This document shows positions 1-8,508 of a stretch of DNA of 64,000 bases, in pieces. Source of the stretch: a virus (lineage: Duplodnaviria > Caudoviricetes). The stretch is taken from the IMG/VR virus record IMGVR_UViG_3300032312_001422, positions 160,001 to 224,000 of that record. One strand, 5' to 3'. The first letter of the stretch is position 1, and each line of letters opens with the position of its first letter. The notes below the pieces were generated by a model. That model did not search any database and was not told where the DNA came from. It was given only the letters and a program-made list of their open reading frames with translations. The position numbers were made by a program, and so were the translations under genes.

Positions 1-1
1 C

Positions 2-292
2 TTTGCGTGGAATAATCTAATGCTACAGCGTTGGACCGATCACAACGGTGCCGAACATCGTGTGCTAGACGACTACGAACGCAATCGTGTGTTGGTAGAT
101 TTAACTGCACAGCCCGATGATATCAAAGTCAAAATACGTGGCACCATAGATGGAAATAGTGTGCCACTTAACCGCCCCATGATTGGTGCTCATTTTTTAA
201 AGTTTTGCGGCAAATACGATCTAGTAAAAATGTCAGAATACGCTGAACAATACACTAGATTTTTAGAAGCCAGTTATCCAGAAAAGGAATAG
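2..292 (+). CDS. Phage 5'-3' exonuclease / T4 RNase H-like protein, C-terminal part (5' truncated)
   Basis: Frame is open from base 2 (FAWNNLMLQRW...HRVLDDYERNRVLVDLTAQP). The helical C-terminus resembles phage 5'-3' exonucleases. Recognised from memory only. Confidence 0.5.
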   Translation, partial: FAWNNLMLQRWTDHNGAEHRVLDDYERNRVLVDLTAQPDDIKVKIRGTIDGNSVPLNRPMIGAHFLKFCGKYDLVKMSEYAEQYTRFLEASYPEKE

Positions 293-293
293 T

Positions 294-464
294 ATGTTAG
301 ACAATTTTAGATCATGGTATTTGCGTAACCACAAAGAAATTACCTGGTTCCTTATTGGCTTTTTGGTCATGGCTGGCATGATTGACATTGGCCAGGGCGA
401 CTACGTAGGTGCTGTTATCAGTTTTGGTATTGCTTATATCAATTATCTTTTTAGCAAAAGATGA
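294..464 (+). CDS. Small membrane protein, 56 aa (not in ORF track)
   Basis: MLDNFRSWYLRNHKEITWFLIGFLVMAGMIDIGQGDYVGAVISFGIAYINYLFSKR*. Two hydrophobic segments. Starts 1 nt after the upstream stop; ATGA overlap with the next gene. Confidence 0.7.
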   Translation: MLDNFRSWYLRNHKEITWFLIGFLVMAGMIDIGQGDYVGAVISFGIAYINYLFSKR

Positions 465-820
465 TTTTTTTATTGTTGTTTGTGCTGGCTGTCAAGCATT
501 GGATTGCAGATTTCGTATTGCAATTTGAATACATGGTTGAACAAAAAGGCACCTATGGCCTTATGGGCGGAATCGAACATGCCATCATGCATGGCGTGTT
601 TACTGGCATCATAGTGACAGTATTTGTGAACAATGCACCGGTGGGTATAATGTTTGGTCTACTGGATAGTGTTGTACATTATCATGTAGATTACGTCAAG
701 GCCAAATGGGGCACACGAAATGCCAACACACAAAAGTTTTGGATTCAATTGGGAGCCGATCAGTTGGCCCACTACACGTTCTATATCTGGTTGGTATGGA
801 TCTTACAAGAAGCTATTTAA
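461..820 (+). CDS. DUF3307-family membrane protein
   Basis: KHWIADFVLQ, HAIMHG, HYHVDYVK and DQLAH His-rich membrane motifs typical of DUF3307. Confidence 0.75.
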   Translation: MIFLLLFVLAVKHWIADFVLQFEYMVEQKGTYGLMGGIEHAIMHGVFTGIIVTVFVNNAPVGIMFGLLDSVVHYHVDYVKAKWGTRNANTQKFWIQLGADQLAHYTFYIWLVWILQEAI

Positions 821-829
821 GGAGTCACC

Positions 830-1306
830 ATGAGTGATATTATTGCTAAACCCGTTGTAAAAAATAAATTTTGGATTGTAGAAGAAGGTGGAGAAAAGAT
901 TGCCACCATCCAGGCCATTGAAGAAGGCGGCTTTGCTTATGTACATGATGAGCAAAGAGAACTGTTTCCATCAATCAAGATGATCAGTAAAAAATATAAC
1001 ATCGAATTTGTCAAGGCTGAAAAACCCAAGAAGGAAAAACTGGATGTGTATGATGTGTATGGATTTCCTACCAATACTCAGCCCAACAATGAAGTGTTAG
1101 ATGTTCAACGCTACTTGCCTATCTATACCAAGGGTGCCAAATCAAAAAGTTTCTTTTGTGCCGGCTACTACATTATTAAATTCAGTTCAACCTGGGTTCG
1201 TGCCTACTGTCCAAAATTGATTACATTAAATCGTTACGAATATCAGGGTCCATTCAAAACTCAAGACCGCATGATAGAAGCCATGCGAGAAGCCAATGGA
1301 CAATAA
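830..1306 (+). CDS. Hypothetical phage protein
   Basis: 158 aa ORF with AAGGAG RBS, in operon. Confidence 0.8.
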   Translation: MSDIIAKPVVKNKFWIVEEGGEKIATIQAIEEGGFAYVHDEQRELFPSIKMISKKYNIEFVKAEKPKKEKLDVYDVYGFPTNTQPNNEVLDVQRYLPIYTKGAKSKSFFCAGYYIIKFSSTWVRAYCPKLITLNRYEYQGPFKTQDRMIEAMREANGQ

Positions 1307-1514
1307 CGTATCTGTTCATGTACGCATGTTCAATGATCGGGTGCGGGCCATGAATCAAAGCAATGGTAAAATACTAACACTAAATGCTCAAGAAGCTCGC
1401 AACTTACATGCCGAAATATACGAGTTGCTGGCCACCATCAGTGGATTGAGTAAAAATACTGAAAATTCCATTGTTAAAACCGGTATAAGTATGGATGGTG
1501 GCGGTTTTAAATAA
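1296..1514 (+). CDS. Hypothetical phage protein
   Basis: 72 aa ORF overlapping the upstream stop. Confidence 0.7.
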   Translation: MDNNVSVHVRMFNDRVRAMNQSNGKILTLNAQEARNLHAEIYELLATISGLSKNTENSIVKTGISMDGGGFK

Positions 1515-1530
1515 TATACGTATATTAAGA

Positions 1531-1538
1531 GATAAATA
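1531..1538 (+). promoter_or_regulatory. Candidate late promoter (GATAAATA, T4 late TATAAATA-like)
   Basis: Intergenic GATAAATA 25 nt before the ATG at 1564. The same octamer occurs on the minus strand at 48627-48634 and 52251-52258. Confidence 0.4.
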
Positions 1539-1563
1539 AACAGTATATCAAGGATAACTGAAA

Positions 1564-1851
1564 ATGTCTAGACCCAAGCCAACCGTACTGTTGGACCACG
1601 TTAATAAAACCACTTACAAGAGCGAGCAAGTGCTGGCCTCTGAAGGTATCTGGGCGGTGTTCTACGACAATCAACCTATCAATCTCAAAACACACAATAT
1701 TCTAGTGAGTTACCCCGGTCCCAAGTACAAAAAAGTAAGCTTCAGCAATAGCGGACATGCAATCAACCTCTGCAAGAAACTCAACACCTTGTTCAAGACT
1801 GACAAGTTCAGTGTGGTACTGTTACGTGCCGGCGACAAAATCTTCCCATAA
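1564..1851 (+). CDS. Hypothetical phage protein
   Basis: 95 aa ORF with AAGGA RBS (MSRPKPTVLL...YPGPKYKKVSFSNSGHA). Confidence 0.8.
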   Translation: MSRPKPTVLLDHVNKTTYKSEQVLASEGIWAVFYDNQPINLKTHNILVSYPGPKYKKVSFSNSGHAINLCKKLNTLFKTDKFSVVLLRAGDKIFP

Positions 1852-2212
1852 GCGTTACACTCAACGTCAACTGACAAAAATATTTGTTGAACAGGCTGAC
1901 TTTCCCATTGGCCAAACTACCGACCTGCAACTGCGTTGGTGGAAGAATCCCACAGACGACACCAGCCTAAGATTGAGTCTTGCCGGCCTACAATTTGTCA
2001 AGGCTGTGCTCAAACTACAAAGTTACGAATTTGCCTTGCCCAAAGAACTGACCAATCATCATTTGTTGAAATTGGAACGACAGTTCCGAAGCATGTATTA
2101 CCTGCTCAAACGTCAGAAAATTATAGTGTTTGAAGAAGAAGAAGCCATGATGCTGACCTTACACGGCAATGACCTGGCGTTGTATTTAGACAACATAGAA
2201 TCAACCAATTAA
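1757..2212 (+). CDS. Hypothetical phage protein (true start probably downstream, e.g. GTG near 1826)
   Basis: ORF fills the gap before the 2213 promoter. The N-terminus overlaps the previous gene, so the start is uncertain. Confidence 0.65.
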   Translation: MQSTSARNSTPCSRLTSSVWYCYVPATKSSHKRYTQRQLTKIFVEQADFPIGQTTDLQLRWWKNPTDDTSLRLSLAGLQFVKAVLKLQSYEFALPKELTNHHLLKLERQFRSMYYLLKRQKIIVFEEEEAMMLTLHGNDLALYLDNIESTN

Positions 2213-2241
2213 TTGACATAAAGTATTATTCCTATTATAAT
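2213..2241 (+). promoter_or_regulatory. Perfect sigma70 consensus promoter
   Basis: TTGACA (2213-2218), 17 nt spacer, TATAAT (2236-2241), intergenic, upstream of the HNH gene. Confidence 0.85.
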
Positions 2242-2272
2242 ATAATTATTATCAATTAAAAGGATGTTGATT

Positions 2273-2644
2273 ATGAGACCGTTATGCGTTAATCATGGAT
2301 GCAAACGACTAGCTATGGAAAGTCATAAAGACGCCGCCGGCAATGTTCGATATCGTGTACATTGCGGGCATTGCCAAAAAGCCAGCTACGGCGGCCATTC
2401 GCACAGTCCTGGGGTCACTCCGTTTAAGACCGGTCGGTGCAGCAATGATGACGGTCACTTAGGATTTAACTGTTGCATTGATTATAAAAAAGCACCCTGG
2501 GCAGTTGGCATGACAGAAATTGATCATATCAACACAGACCCGCACGATAATAGATTAGAAAATCTACAAGAGTTATGTCCAATGTGTCACAAAAGAAAAG
2601 GCCGAGTAAATGGCGACTATAAAAGAAAAACGTATCTTGCTTAA
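2273..2644 (+). CDS. HNH endonuclease-like protein with N-terminal Cys clusters
   Basis: EIDHINTDPHDNRLENLQELCPMCH HNH motif plus CxxxxC and CxxC motifs. AAGGA RBS spacing favours ATG 2273 over 2264. Confidence 0.75.
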   Translation: MRPLCVNHGCKRLAMESHKDAAGNVRYRVHCGHCQKASYGGHSHSPGVTPFKTGRCSNDDGHLGFNCCIDYKKAPWAVGMTEIDHINTDPHDNRLENLQELCPMCHKRKGRVNGDYKRKTYLA

Positions 2645-3182
2645 AGAATCATTGAACAAGTTTACCAAAGCAAACTATACCAAAGTTAAACGCAGTACAA
2701 ACACTCATTGTGAAAGTTTAGCCATTACCGTTTCGGAACTTGAGCGACTAATTGGTCTGTATAGAGGTAATCATACTCCGCAAACTGCTCGGTTGATTCG
2801 AGACAGTATAGATCATTGGATTCGTAGATACCACGGATATGTGATTGAGGGAGGCATTGGTGCTCATTACAGCCAAGTGGGCGTAGACTTAAAGAACTGT
2901 ATTTTTGAGCATGTTATTCCTGCTGCCAAAGTTCGTGACATGCTTATACAAGGCGTATTAACTGCACCGCAGGCATTGAATACTCCCACTTGCTTTATTA
3001 GTAAAACAAACGATCAGTTGTTGCGTGATCATAAACGAGTGAGTACCAGTCCCGATTATTGGAATTTCTTCAAGCGTTACGATATATTTGACAATGTAGA
3101 ATTTTGCACGTATAATGGTGTTAGTATAGATCAGACAACCTGGACATTGGAAGATCACTTTAATTTCTTTAAGAATATATGA
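2610..3182 (+). CDS. Putative His-Me finger (HNH-like) nuclease-domain protein
   Basis: FEHVIP...PTCFISKTNDQLL...FFKRY resembles EHxxP-type His-Me finger domains. Weak evidence. Confidence 0.4.
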   Translation: MATIKEKRILLKESLNKFTKANYTKVKRSTNTHCESLAITVSELERLIGLYRGNHTPQTARLIRDSIDHWIRRYHGYVIEGGIGAHYSQVGVDLKNCIFEHVIPAAKVRDMLIQGVLTAPQALNTPTCFISKTNDQLLRDHKRVSTSPDYWNFFKRYDIFDNVEFCTYNGVSIDQTTWTLEDHFNFFKNI

Positions 3183-3946
3183 TACCACTAATAACACAAA
3201 ATATAGCGACTAACATAGCCGGGCATACTCAGCAGGCATGGACCTATGGTGTGCCCAATGGCGATACTGGAGAAATTGTTGTTGCCTGTGGAATTAAACC
3301 ATTCTACGACGGTGCCGAGCAAAAAGGTGGTTCAACTACTATTGTAGATGTCAAAGTAGATCATGTAGCATACGATATTAAATGTAGAGATGTGCTGGGC
3401 ATTTTTACTCGAGAACCAAGTGCTAAACAAAAATCTGCCGATCAAAATTATTATAAGGTAGATGAAAATTTATTTGTACGAGTACCTAAGTCGGTTGAAA
3501 GCCCAGTTAGACGCCCTAGTGTAGACCTTGAAAACTTTCAAGGTAACTGCCAAACTATTATTACAGAACAAATACAAGAATATAAAGACTATGCTGATAG
3601 AACTACCGCAGATGCAGGATGCACTGAATTGCGTAGTTTGCTTTTTCTGTATGGACGTAATAAAGGATATAAAGCTATCTACATAGAAGAACAACCGTTT
3701 AATACCCCAACCCCTACTAGTTTTGATATCTATAAAAACACTAAAGGTAAACCGGCGGCATACTATGCACGTGATCACAAACTATTATACAAGTTATTAG
3801 ACTACAGCAAAGGTAGTACTAATTTTGTTAAACGATTTGATTGCACTAACGGATACCTATTTGTATGGCCTGATAAATTTTTATCTAATAAAATCACAGA
3901 TATCATTGAGTGGAAAGTTCACGGAAATCATTCATTAATAATATGA
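3179..3946 (+). CDS. Putative PD-(D/E)xK restriction-endonuclease-like protein
   Basis: GDTGEIVVA ... IVDVKVDHVAYDIKC fits the E...D...DxK catalytic spacing. Visibly AT-rich. ATGA overlaps at both ends. Confidence 0.4.
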   Translation: MIPLITQNIATNIAGHTQQAWTYGVPNGDTGEIVVACGIKPFYDGAEQKGGSTTIVDVKVDHVAYDIKCRDVLGIFTREPSAKQKSADQNYYKVDENLFVRVPKSVESPVRRPSVDLENFQGNCQTIITEQIQEYKDYADRTTADAGCTELRSLLFLYGRNKGYKAIYIEEQPFNTPTPTSFDIYKNTKGKPAAYYARDHKLLYKLLDYSKGSTNFVKRFDCTNGYLFVWPDKFLSNKITDIIEWKVHGNHSLII

Positions 3947-4995
3947 GTTACTTAGAAGAAATTAAAAAGAAATACGATATTACAGATTACAAAGAAGCTA
4001 GTGTAGCGATACCCGAGCTTCCTACTGATGGTATTGTATTAATTGTAGGCACATCAGGCTCAGGTAAAAGTACTATCCTACGCAGTTTAAATAATACTCA
4101 TGCTCCTACCATTAGCCCATGTGCTGATGTTATCAGTAACTTTTCTACTGCTGAGCGAGGAGAAGAATTGTTACTGGCTTGCGGATTGCGTAGTATTCCT
4201 GCTTGGTTCCGAGCACCTAATACATTAAGTAATGGCGAGTACCATAGATTTGAAATGGCCTTGTTCTTAGATCAGGGTATCAATATTGTTGACGAGTTTA
4301 CCAGTGTTGTTGATCGTGATACTGCCAAAAGTCTTGCCCTAAGCATTCGTAAGTTTTACGATCGTCAAGGTAGTACCAATCCGTTGTACATTGCCAGTTG
4401 CCATAGAGACATAGTAGAATGGTTAGATCCAGACTACGTATATGACACAGATCTCTGTGTCTTAGAAAATCGGAGGTCACCCTTTCGACTGGGGACAAGA
4501 CCAGAACTTGCACTCACCATCAAAAGCTCAAGTGTCGACTATTGGAGATATTTCAGTAAGTATCACTATCTAGACACAGAAATTAGTAAGAGTGCTCATT
4601 ACTATGTGTTACTGTTAGGCGACAAGCCCATTGGCTTCCATGCCGCAATACATTCAACTAACAGAGATATTCATTCGTACTGGCGTGGTCATCGTACAGT
4701 AATCCTACCCGAGTTTCAGGGCATGGGTATAGGCACAGCATTTAGCGACGCTATTGCTGAAATATATGTGAGCCGTGGTCTAAGATACTTTAGTAAGACT
4801 GCTCATCCCAGCTTTGGTGAACACAGAGAAAAGTCAGACTTATGGCGCCCTACATCAATGAATCGGAAGAGTCGTGTGGGCAGTTACTTGAACAAGGACG
4901 GTACGGCACGTGAGATGAAGGGCTATGGCGGTACAACCACTGTTCGCGATGCTTATAGGGTTTGTTACAGCCATGAATACATTGGTAAGAAATAA
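3943..4995 (+). CDS. ABC-type ATPase fused to C-terminal GNAT (Mom-like) acetyltransferase
   Basis: Walker A GTSGSGKST, signature LSNGE, Walker B IVDEF, H-loop SCH. GNAT motif A RTVILPEFQGMGIG. Start at the ATGA overlap (MSYLEE). Confidence 0.8.
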   Translation: MSYLEEIKKKYDITDYKEASVAIPELPTDGIVLIVGTSGSGKSTILRSLNNTHAPTISPCADVISNFSTAERGEELLLACGLRSIPAWFRAPNTLSNGEYHRFEMALFLDQGINIVDEFTSVVDRDTAKSLALSIRKFYDRQGSTNPLYIASCHRDIVEWLDPDYVYDTDLCVLENRRSPFRLGTRPELALTIKSSSVDYWRYFSKYHYLDTEISKSAHYYVLLLGDKPIGFHAAIHSTNRDIHSYWRGHRTVILPEFQGMGIGTAFSDAIAEIYVSRGLRYFSKTAHPSFGEHREKSDLWRPTSMNRKSRVGSYLNKDGTAREMKGYGGTTTVRDAYRVCYSHEYIGKK

Positions 4996-4996
4996 T

Positions 4997-5749
4997 ATGA
5001 AAAAATTTGACAGTTTGGTCGTACTTGGTGATAGTTGGTCTTGGGGATCAGAGTTGTCAGAGGATACTCGAGTGGCCAGTAGATTTGATACGCTATTAGG
5101 AAACCAACTTGGACTAGAATGTGTCAATTTATCTAGAGAAAGTGCATCAAATTTTTGTCTTAAATGGCACTGGCTTGATTGGATTTCAACCAACCCTGTG
5201 TATAAAAATCCTTTGGTGATTGTGGGCATCACTGGACCTAACCGTTGGTTAATTTATAATAATCAAGCAGAATTTTTTCAAGAAGGCGGTGGCGGCCGTT
5301 TAGTAAACGAAGACGTAGTAATGTCCAATTGGGGCAACTCTCAAAAAACTGGCGGCTTTATAAGAGCATTTCCCAATTACATCGATGCACCAACTCCAGA
5401 AAAAACACGCTGTCAAGAAAATTTCTATCGTTACAATTACAACGATACCATGGCAGAAATTTATGCCATATGGGAAATTAATCAAATAAACTCAATGGTA
5501 CAATCATTTGGTGGCCAAGCAATATTTTGGTCTAATTTTCACAAATATACACAGGTCAATATGCCTTGGTGTCAACCCTTGCTAAAAACAATTCATTTGG
5601 TTGACGATCTGCAACCAATTGCAACCTTATTAAGAGCTGAAAGAAACATGCTGTGCCGTGGCGGGCACCCAAATGCAGACGGCCACAAATATATACAGCA
5701 TAGATTAATAAAATATATAGCTTCTGTTGCTGAAAAACAACACCCGTAA
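4997..5749 (+). CDS. SGNH/GDSL-like hydrolase or acyltransferase (copy 1 of 9)
   Basis: Block I VVLGDSWSWG, block II SRESASN, C-terminal GGHPNADGH. Start ATG 4997. Confidence 0.65.
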   Translation: MKKFDSLVVLGDSWSWGSELSEDTRVASRFDTLLGNQLGLECVNLSRESASNFCLKWHWLDWISTNPVYKNPLVIVGITGPNRWLIYNNQAEFFQEGGGGRLVNEDVVMSNWGNSQKTGGFIRAFPNYIDAPTPEKTRCQENFYRYNYNDTMAEIYAIWEINQINSMVQSFGGQAIFWSNFHKYTQVNMPWCQPLLKTIHLVDDLQPIATLLRAERNMLCRGGHPNADGHKYIQHRLIKYIASVAEKQHP

Positions 5750-5773
5750 CCCCCTGTTTTTAGGGGGTTTTTT
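5748..5773 (+). terminator. Rho-independent terminator
   Basis: Perfect 8 bp stem AACCCCCT/AGGGGGTT with a 6 nt loop, followed by a T run, at the stop of the SGNH gene. Confidence 0.8.
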
Positions 5774-5789
5774 GTACTTAAAATTCCGG

Positions 5790-5818
5790 TTGATCCATAA
5801 ATCCATTAAATGTATAAT
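5790..5818 (+). promoter_or_regulatory. Sigma70-like (early) promoter
   Basis: TTGATC-N17-TATAAT. Shares ATTAAATGTATAAT with the promoter at 8456. Confidence 0.7.
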
Positions 5819-5848
5819 GTATGTATAGTGATTAATAAGGAGCTAAAA

Positions 5849-6130
5849 ATGGTTGGACTAACAATAGTAGATGGTGATATCATCCGTAGCTATGATTTCA
5901 AACCCATGGCAGGACGTGATGATTGTTTTATCGAAGGTCAAGTGATTGATGCTCACAGTACCGAGCAAGGTTATCAGGCCTACAAGATCCGTGTTACCCG
6001 TGATCATTTTGGTGCTGACACCGATACTAATCAATCCGGTCCTGACAGTCGTGTGGGTCATGAAATATTTGTGCCTTGGAGAGTCAGCTTCAACGAGTTC
6101 CAAGGTCGTGTAATGAATCTTTCCAGATAA
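5849..6130 (+). CDS. Hypothetical phage protein
   Basis: AAGGAG RBS before ATG 5849 (MVGLTIVDGD...). The track start at 5810 lies inside the promoter. Confidence 0.75.
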   Translation: MVGLTIVDGDIIRSYDFKPMAGRDDCFIEGQVIDAHSTEQGYQAYKIRVTRDHFGADTDTNQSGPDSRVGHEIFVPWRVSFNEFQGRVMNLSR

Positions 6131-6189
6131 GGCTGTGATGGGGCCGTGCGGTCCTTGGGGAGCCTTGATACCCCAGAAACAACGCAGTC
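6131..6189 (+). ncRNA. Candidate structured RNA (three-way junction)
   Basis: GC-rich intergenic segment. P1 GGCTGTG/CGCAGTC, P2 GGGCC/GGTCC, P3 TGGGG/CCCCA, GAAA junction. Folded by eye. Confidence 0.3.
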
Positions 6190-6195
6190 ACTTTT

Positions 6196-6227
6196 TACTG
6201 GTTTTTGACTCAAAATAAAAACCAGTA
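6196..6227. repeat. Perfect 11 bp inverted repeat (operator- or hairpin-like)
   Basis: TACTGGTTTTT-N10-AAAAACCAGTA, intergenic, just before the RBS of 6249. Confidence 0.6.
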
Positions 6228-6248
6228 CTTTTTAACCAGGAGATTGAA

Positions 6249-6437
6249 ATGTCAAAATATCGTACCCGAGAAGAATACCAAGCAATGGTCCGGACTATGC
6301 CGGCTCAAGAATTATCATCCCTGCTAGATACTTTTTGGAGCTCGACCACATTGACTGAAGGCGAACGGGCCATTCGTGATGTACTTGATGCTGAAATGGA
6401 ACGCCGTATCATGGCCTGGGAAATCGCCGAAGTATGA
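6249..6437 (+). CDS. Hypothetical phage protein
   Basis: 62 aa with AGGAG RBS. Confidence 0.7.
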   Translation: MSKYRTREEYQAMVRTMPAQELSSLLDTFWSSTTLTEGERAIRDVLDAEMERRIMAWEIAEV

Positions 6438-6769
6438 GCAACCTGTTTCTTGTGTCGTGGGACTGCACGGGGCTTGAGGCTGTGATCAATATCACAGACT
6501 ATGAAAAAGAAGCCACTTGGGCCACACTCAAGAATGAAGATCCACCGGTTCGGTTGGGCAGTATGGTCAATCATTTGATGCTTCGTGCTAGGGCCAACAG
6601 CCAAAGACATTATGAAATCTATACCATGAATGTGGCGGAAGGTATTTCAGACGAAGATATTCGTGGTATGTTTGACGCAGATCCGCAAGGTTCGGCTGAT
6701 TTAATTCGTGATCGTGGTAATAAAATTTACAGCGATCGTGAAAATTTAGTAGACCGTAAAATCATTTAA
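6434..6769 (+). CDS. Hypothetical phage protein
   Basis: 111 aa with ATGA overlap. Confidence 0.75.
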   Translation: MSNLFLVSWDCTGLEAVINITDYEKEATWATLKNEDPPVRLGSMVNHLMLRARANSQRHYEIYTMNVAEGISDEDIRGMFDADPQGSADLIRDRGNKIYSDRENLVDRKII

Positions 6770-6778
6770 TTGTATAAT
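6750..6778 (+). promoter_or_regulatory. Sigma70-like promoter
   Basis: TAGACC-N17-TATAAT (preceded by TG) upstream of the AAA ATPase. Confidence 0.55.
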
Positions 6779-6822
6779 AGTTCTATAGTAGTTAATTTTG
6801 TAGTAATTTTTAGGAGCCTGTG

Positions 6823-7929
6823 ATGAGTACAACTATTAGTGAAAGCCGTACAGTAACACCAAACGAATGCCGTAGCAGATTGCTTCGTGCATTCAAAGTA
6901 AAACGTCCTGTTTTTATCTGGGGTCCTCCCGGAGTAGGTAAGTCAGAGCTTGTGGCTGGTCTTACCCAAGAATTGGGCGGTCATATGATTGACTTGCGTT
7001 TGGGTCAAATGGACCCAACTGACTTGCGTGGTATTCCATTTTATAACAAAGACAATGGCAAAATGGACTGGGCTGAGCCAGTTGAATTGCCAACCAAGGA
7101 AATGGCCGAGAAGTATCCGGTTATTACACTATTCTTGGATGAGATGAACGTGGCGGCACCTGCGGTGCAAGCGGCGGCGTATCAGCTGATCTTGAATCGT
7201 CGCTTAGGCACTTACTTCTTGCCAGACAATGTGGTTATTGTGGCTGCAGGTAACCGTGAGTCGGACAAAGGTGTCTCATTCCGTATGCCCATGCCCCTGG
7301 CCAATCGTTTCGTACATTTAGAAGTACGTGCTGATTACGATAGCTGGAACGAGTGGGCTGTGCAGAATCGTGAGCACAAGGACGTGGTAGGTTACATTGG
7401 TTTTGCCAAGCAAGACTTGATGGATTTTAACCCACGCTCAGCCAGCCGTGCCTTTGCAACACCACGTTCATGGCACTTTGTAAGTGAATTCTTACATGAC
7501 GAGGATGCCACAGATGCAGAATTGTCAGACTTGATCGCTGGTACTATTGGTGATGGCTTGGCAGTTAAGTTTATGGCACACCGCAAGGTTGCCAGCAAGA
7601 TGCCTAACCCAAGCGAAATTTTAGCAGGTAAGGTCAAGACCCTGGATGTCAAAGAAGTCAGTGCCATGTACTCCTTGACTGTATCCATGTGCTATGAATT
7701 GCAAGATGCTTATGCCAAACTAGGCAAGGAAAAGATCAGCCAATGGCATGGTATGGCTGATAACTTCTTCCGCTTTATGATGGATAACTTTACCACTGAA
7801 TTGGTTGTTATGGGTGCTAGAGTTGCGTTGACCACTTATAACTTACCACTAGTACCGGGCAAGCTCAAGAACTTTGATGAGTTCCATAAGCGTTACGGTA
7901 AGTACATTATCGCGGCAGGCGGTAAGTAA
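6823..7929 (+). CDS. MoxR-like AAA+ ATPase (AAA_5 / dynein-related)
   Basis: Walker A GPPGVGKS, Walker B LFLDE, AAGNR sensor I, LANRF Arg finger, TPRSW sensor II. AGGAG RBS favours ATG 6823. Confidence 0.9.
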   Translation: MSTTISESRTVTPNECRSRLLRAFKVKRPVFIWGPPGVGKSELVAGLTQELGGHMIDLRLGQMDPTDLRGIPFYNKDNGKMDWAEPVELPTKEMAEKYPVITLFLDEMNVAAPAVQAAAYQLILNRRLGTYFLPDNVVIVAAGNRESDKGVSFRMPMPLANRFVHLEVRADYDSWNEWAVQNREHKDVVGYIGFAKQDLMDFNPRSASRAFATPRSWHFVSEFLHDEDATDAELSDLIAGTIGDGLAVKFMAHRKVASKMPNPSEILAGKVKTLDVKEVSAMYSLTVSMCYELQDAYAKLGKEKISQWHGMADNFFRFMMDNFTTELVVMGARVALTTYNLPLVPGKLKNFDEFHKRYGKYIIAAGGK

Positions 7930-7984
7930 AAGGTTGCTGTCACAGGCAGGGGGCAGGCACACGCTGTAAGTCCTCCTTATTCTT

Positions 7985-8182
7985 ATGAACTATGACTTTT
8001 GTCCAGAACTAGATACTCCAGAGATTTGTGTAGTCATGAATCGTAAATGGTGGTTAGATAACAAAGAATCCATTGGCACTTGGTTAGGCCACGATAAGAT
8101 AGCACTAGGACAAATGATGTTATATATCCCCGACCCAGCAGACCGTACTTATTTTATGTTGAGGTGGCCACAATGGTCATAG
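7985..8182 (+). CDS. Hypothetical phage protein
   Basis: 65 aa ending in the FMLRW motif common in small phage proteins. Confidence 0.6.
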   Translation: MNYDFCPELDTPEICVVMNRKWWLDNKESIGTWLGHDKIALGQMMLYIPDPADRTYFMLRWPQWS

Positions 8183-8475
8183 GTCCTTTACTTATAGTTG
8201 GTCTAGCTAGTGTGGCTTCGGTAGAAACCACCGGTAAAGGTCTAGCAGATCATGGTATCAGTGTTGTTCGCGATCAAGACTGCAAGATAAGTAGAAGCAT
8301 CAGCGGCAATGATATTTGCCGCCCCACAGCACCTGAACCACGTGCCACAGTCGCAGTTAGTCAACCCACAGCACCACAATTGATCAAGCCTAGTTCTAGC
8401 GTACAGAACATGGAAGATGTGTTTAATCAGCGACAAAACCGTGCTAACCAAAAGGTTGACCAAAAAATCAATTAA
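8173..8475 (+). CDS. Hypothetical, possibly membrane-anchored or secreted protein
   Basis: Hydrophobic N-terminus, TGKGLADH...DC...IC motif, GAGGT RBS. Confidence 0.55.
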   Translation: MVIGPLLIVGLASVASVETTGKGLADHGISVVRDQDCKISRSISGNDICRPTAPEPRATVAVSQPTAPQLIKPSSSVQNMEDVFNQRQNRANQKVDQKIN

Positions 8476-8484
8476 ATGTATAAT
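8456..8484 (+). promoter_or_regulatory. Sigma70-like (early) promoter
   Basis: TTGACC-N17-TATAAT, followed by an AGGAG RBS and ATG 8509. Confidence 0.75.
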
Positions 8485-8508
8485 ATATATAATACAGGAG
8501 CGAACAGA

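Noticed and set aside
6131-6189. Hammerhead ribozyme, tRNA or glnA riboswitch
   Set aside because: No CUGANGA core, no T-loop or acceptor stem, and no CGUUG/E-loop consensus. Kept only as an unknown structured element.
7948-7977. Intrinsic terminator after the MoxR gene
   Set aside because: The stem is imperfect with a large bulge and lacks a clear U-tract, so it was not called as a feature.
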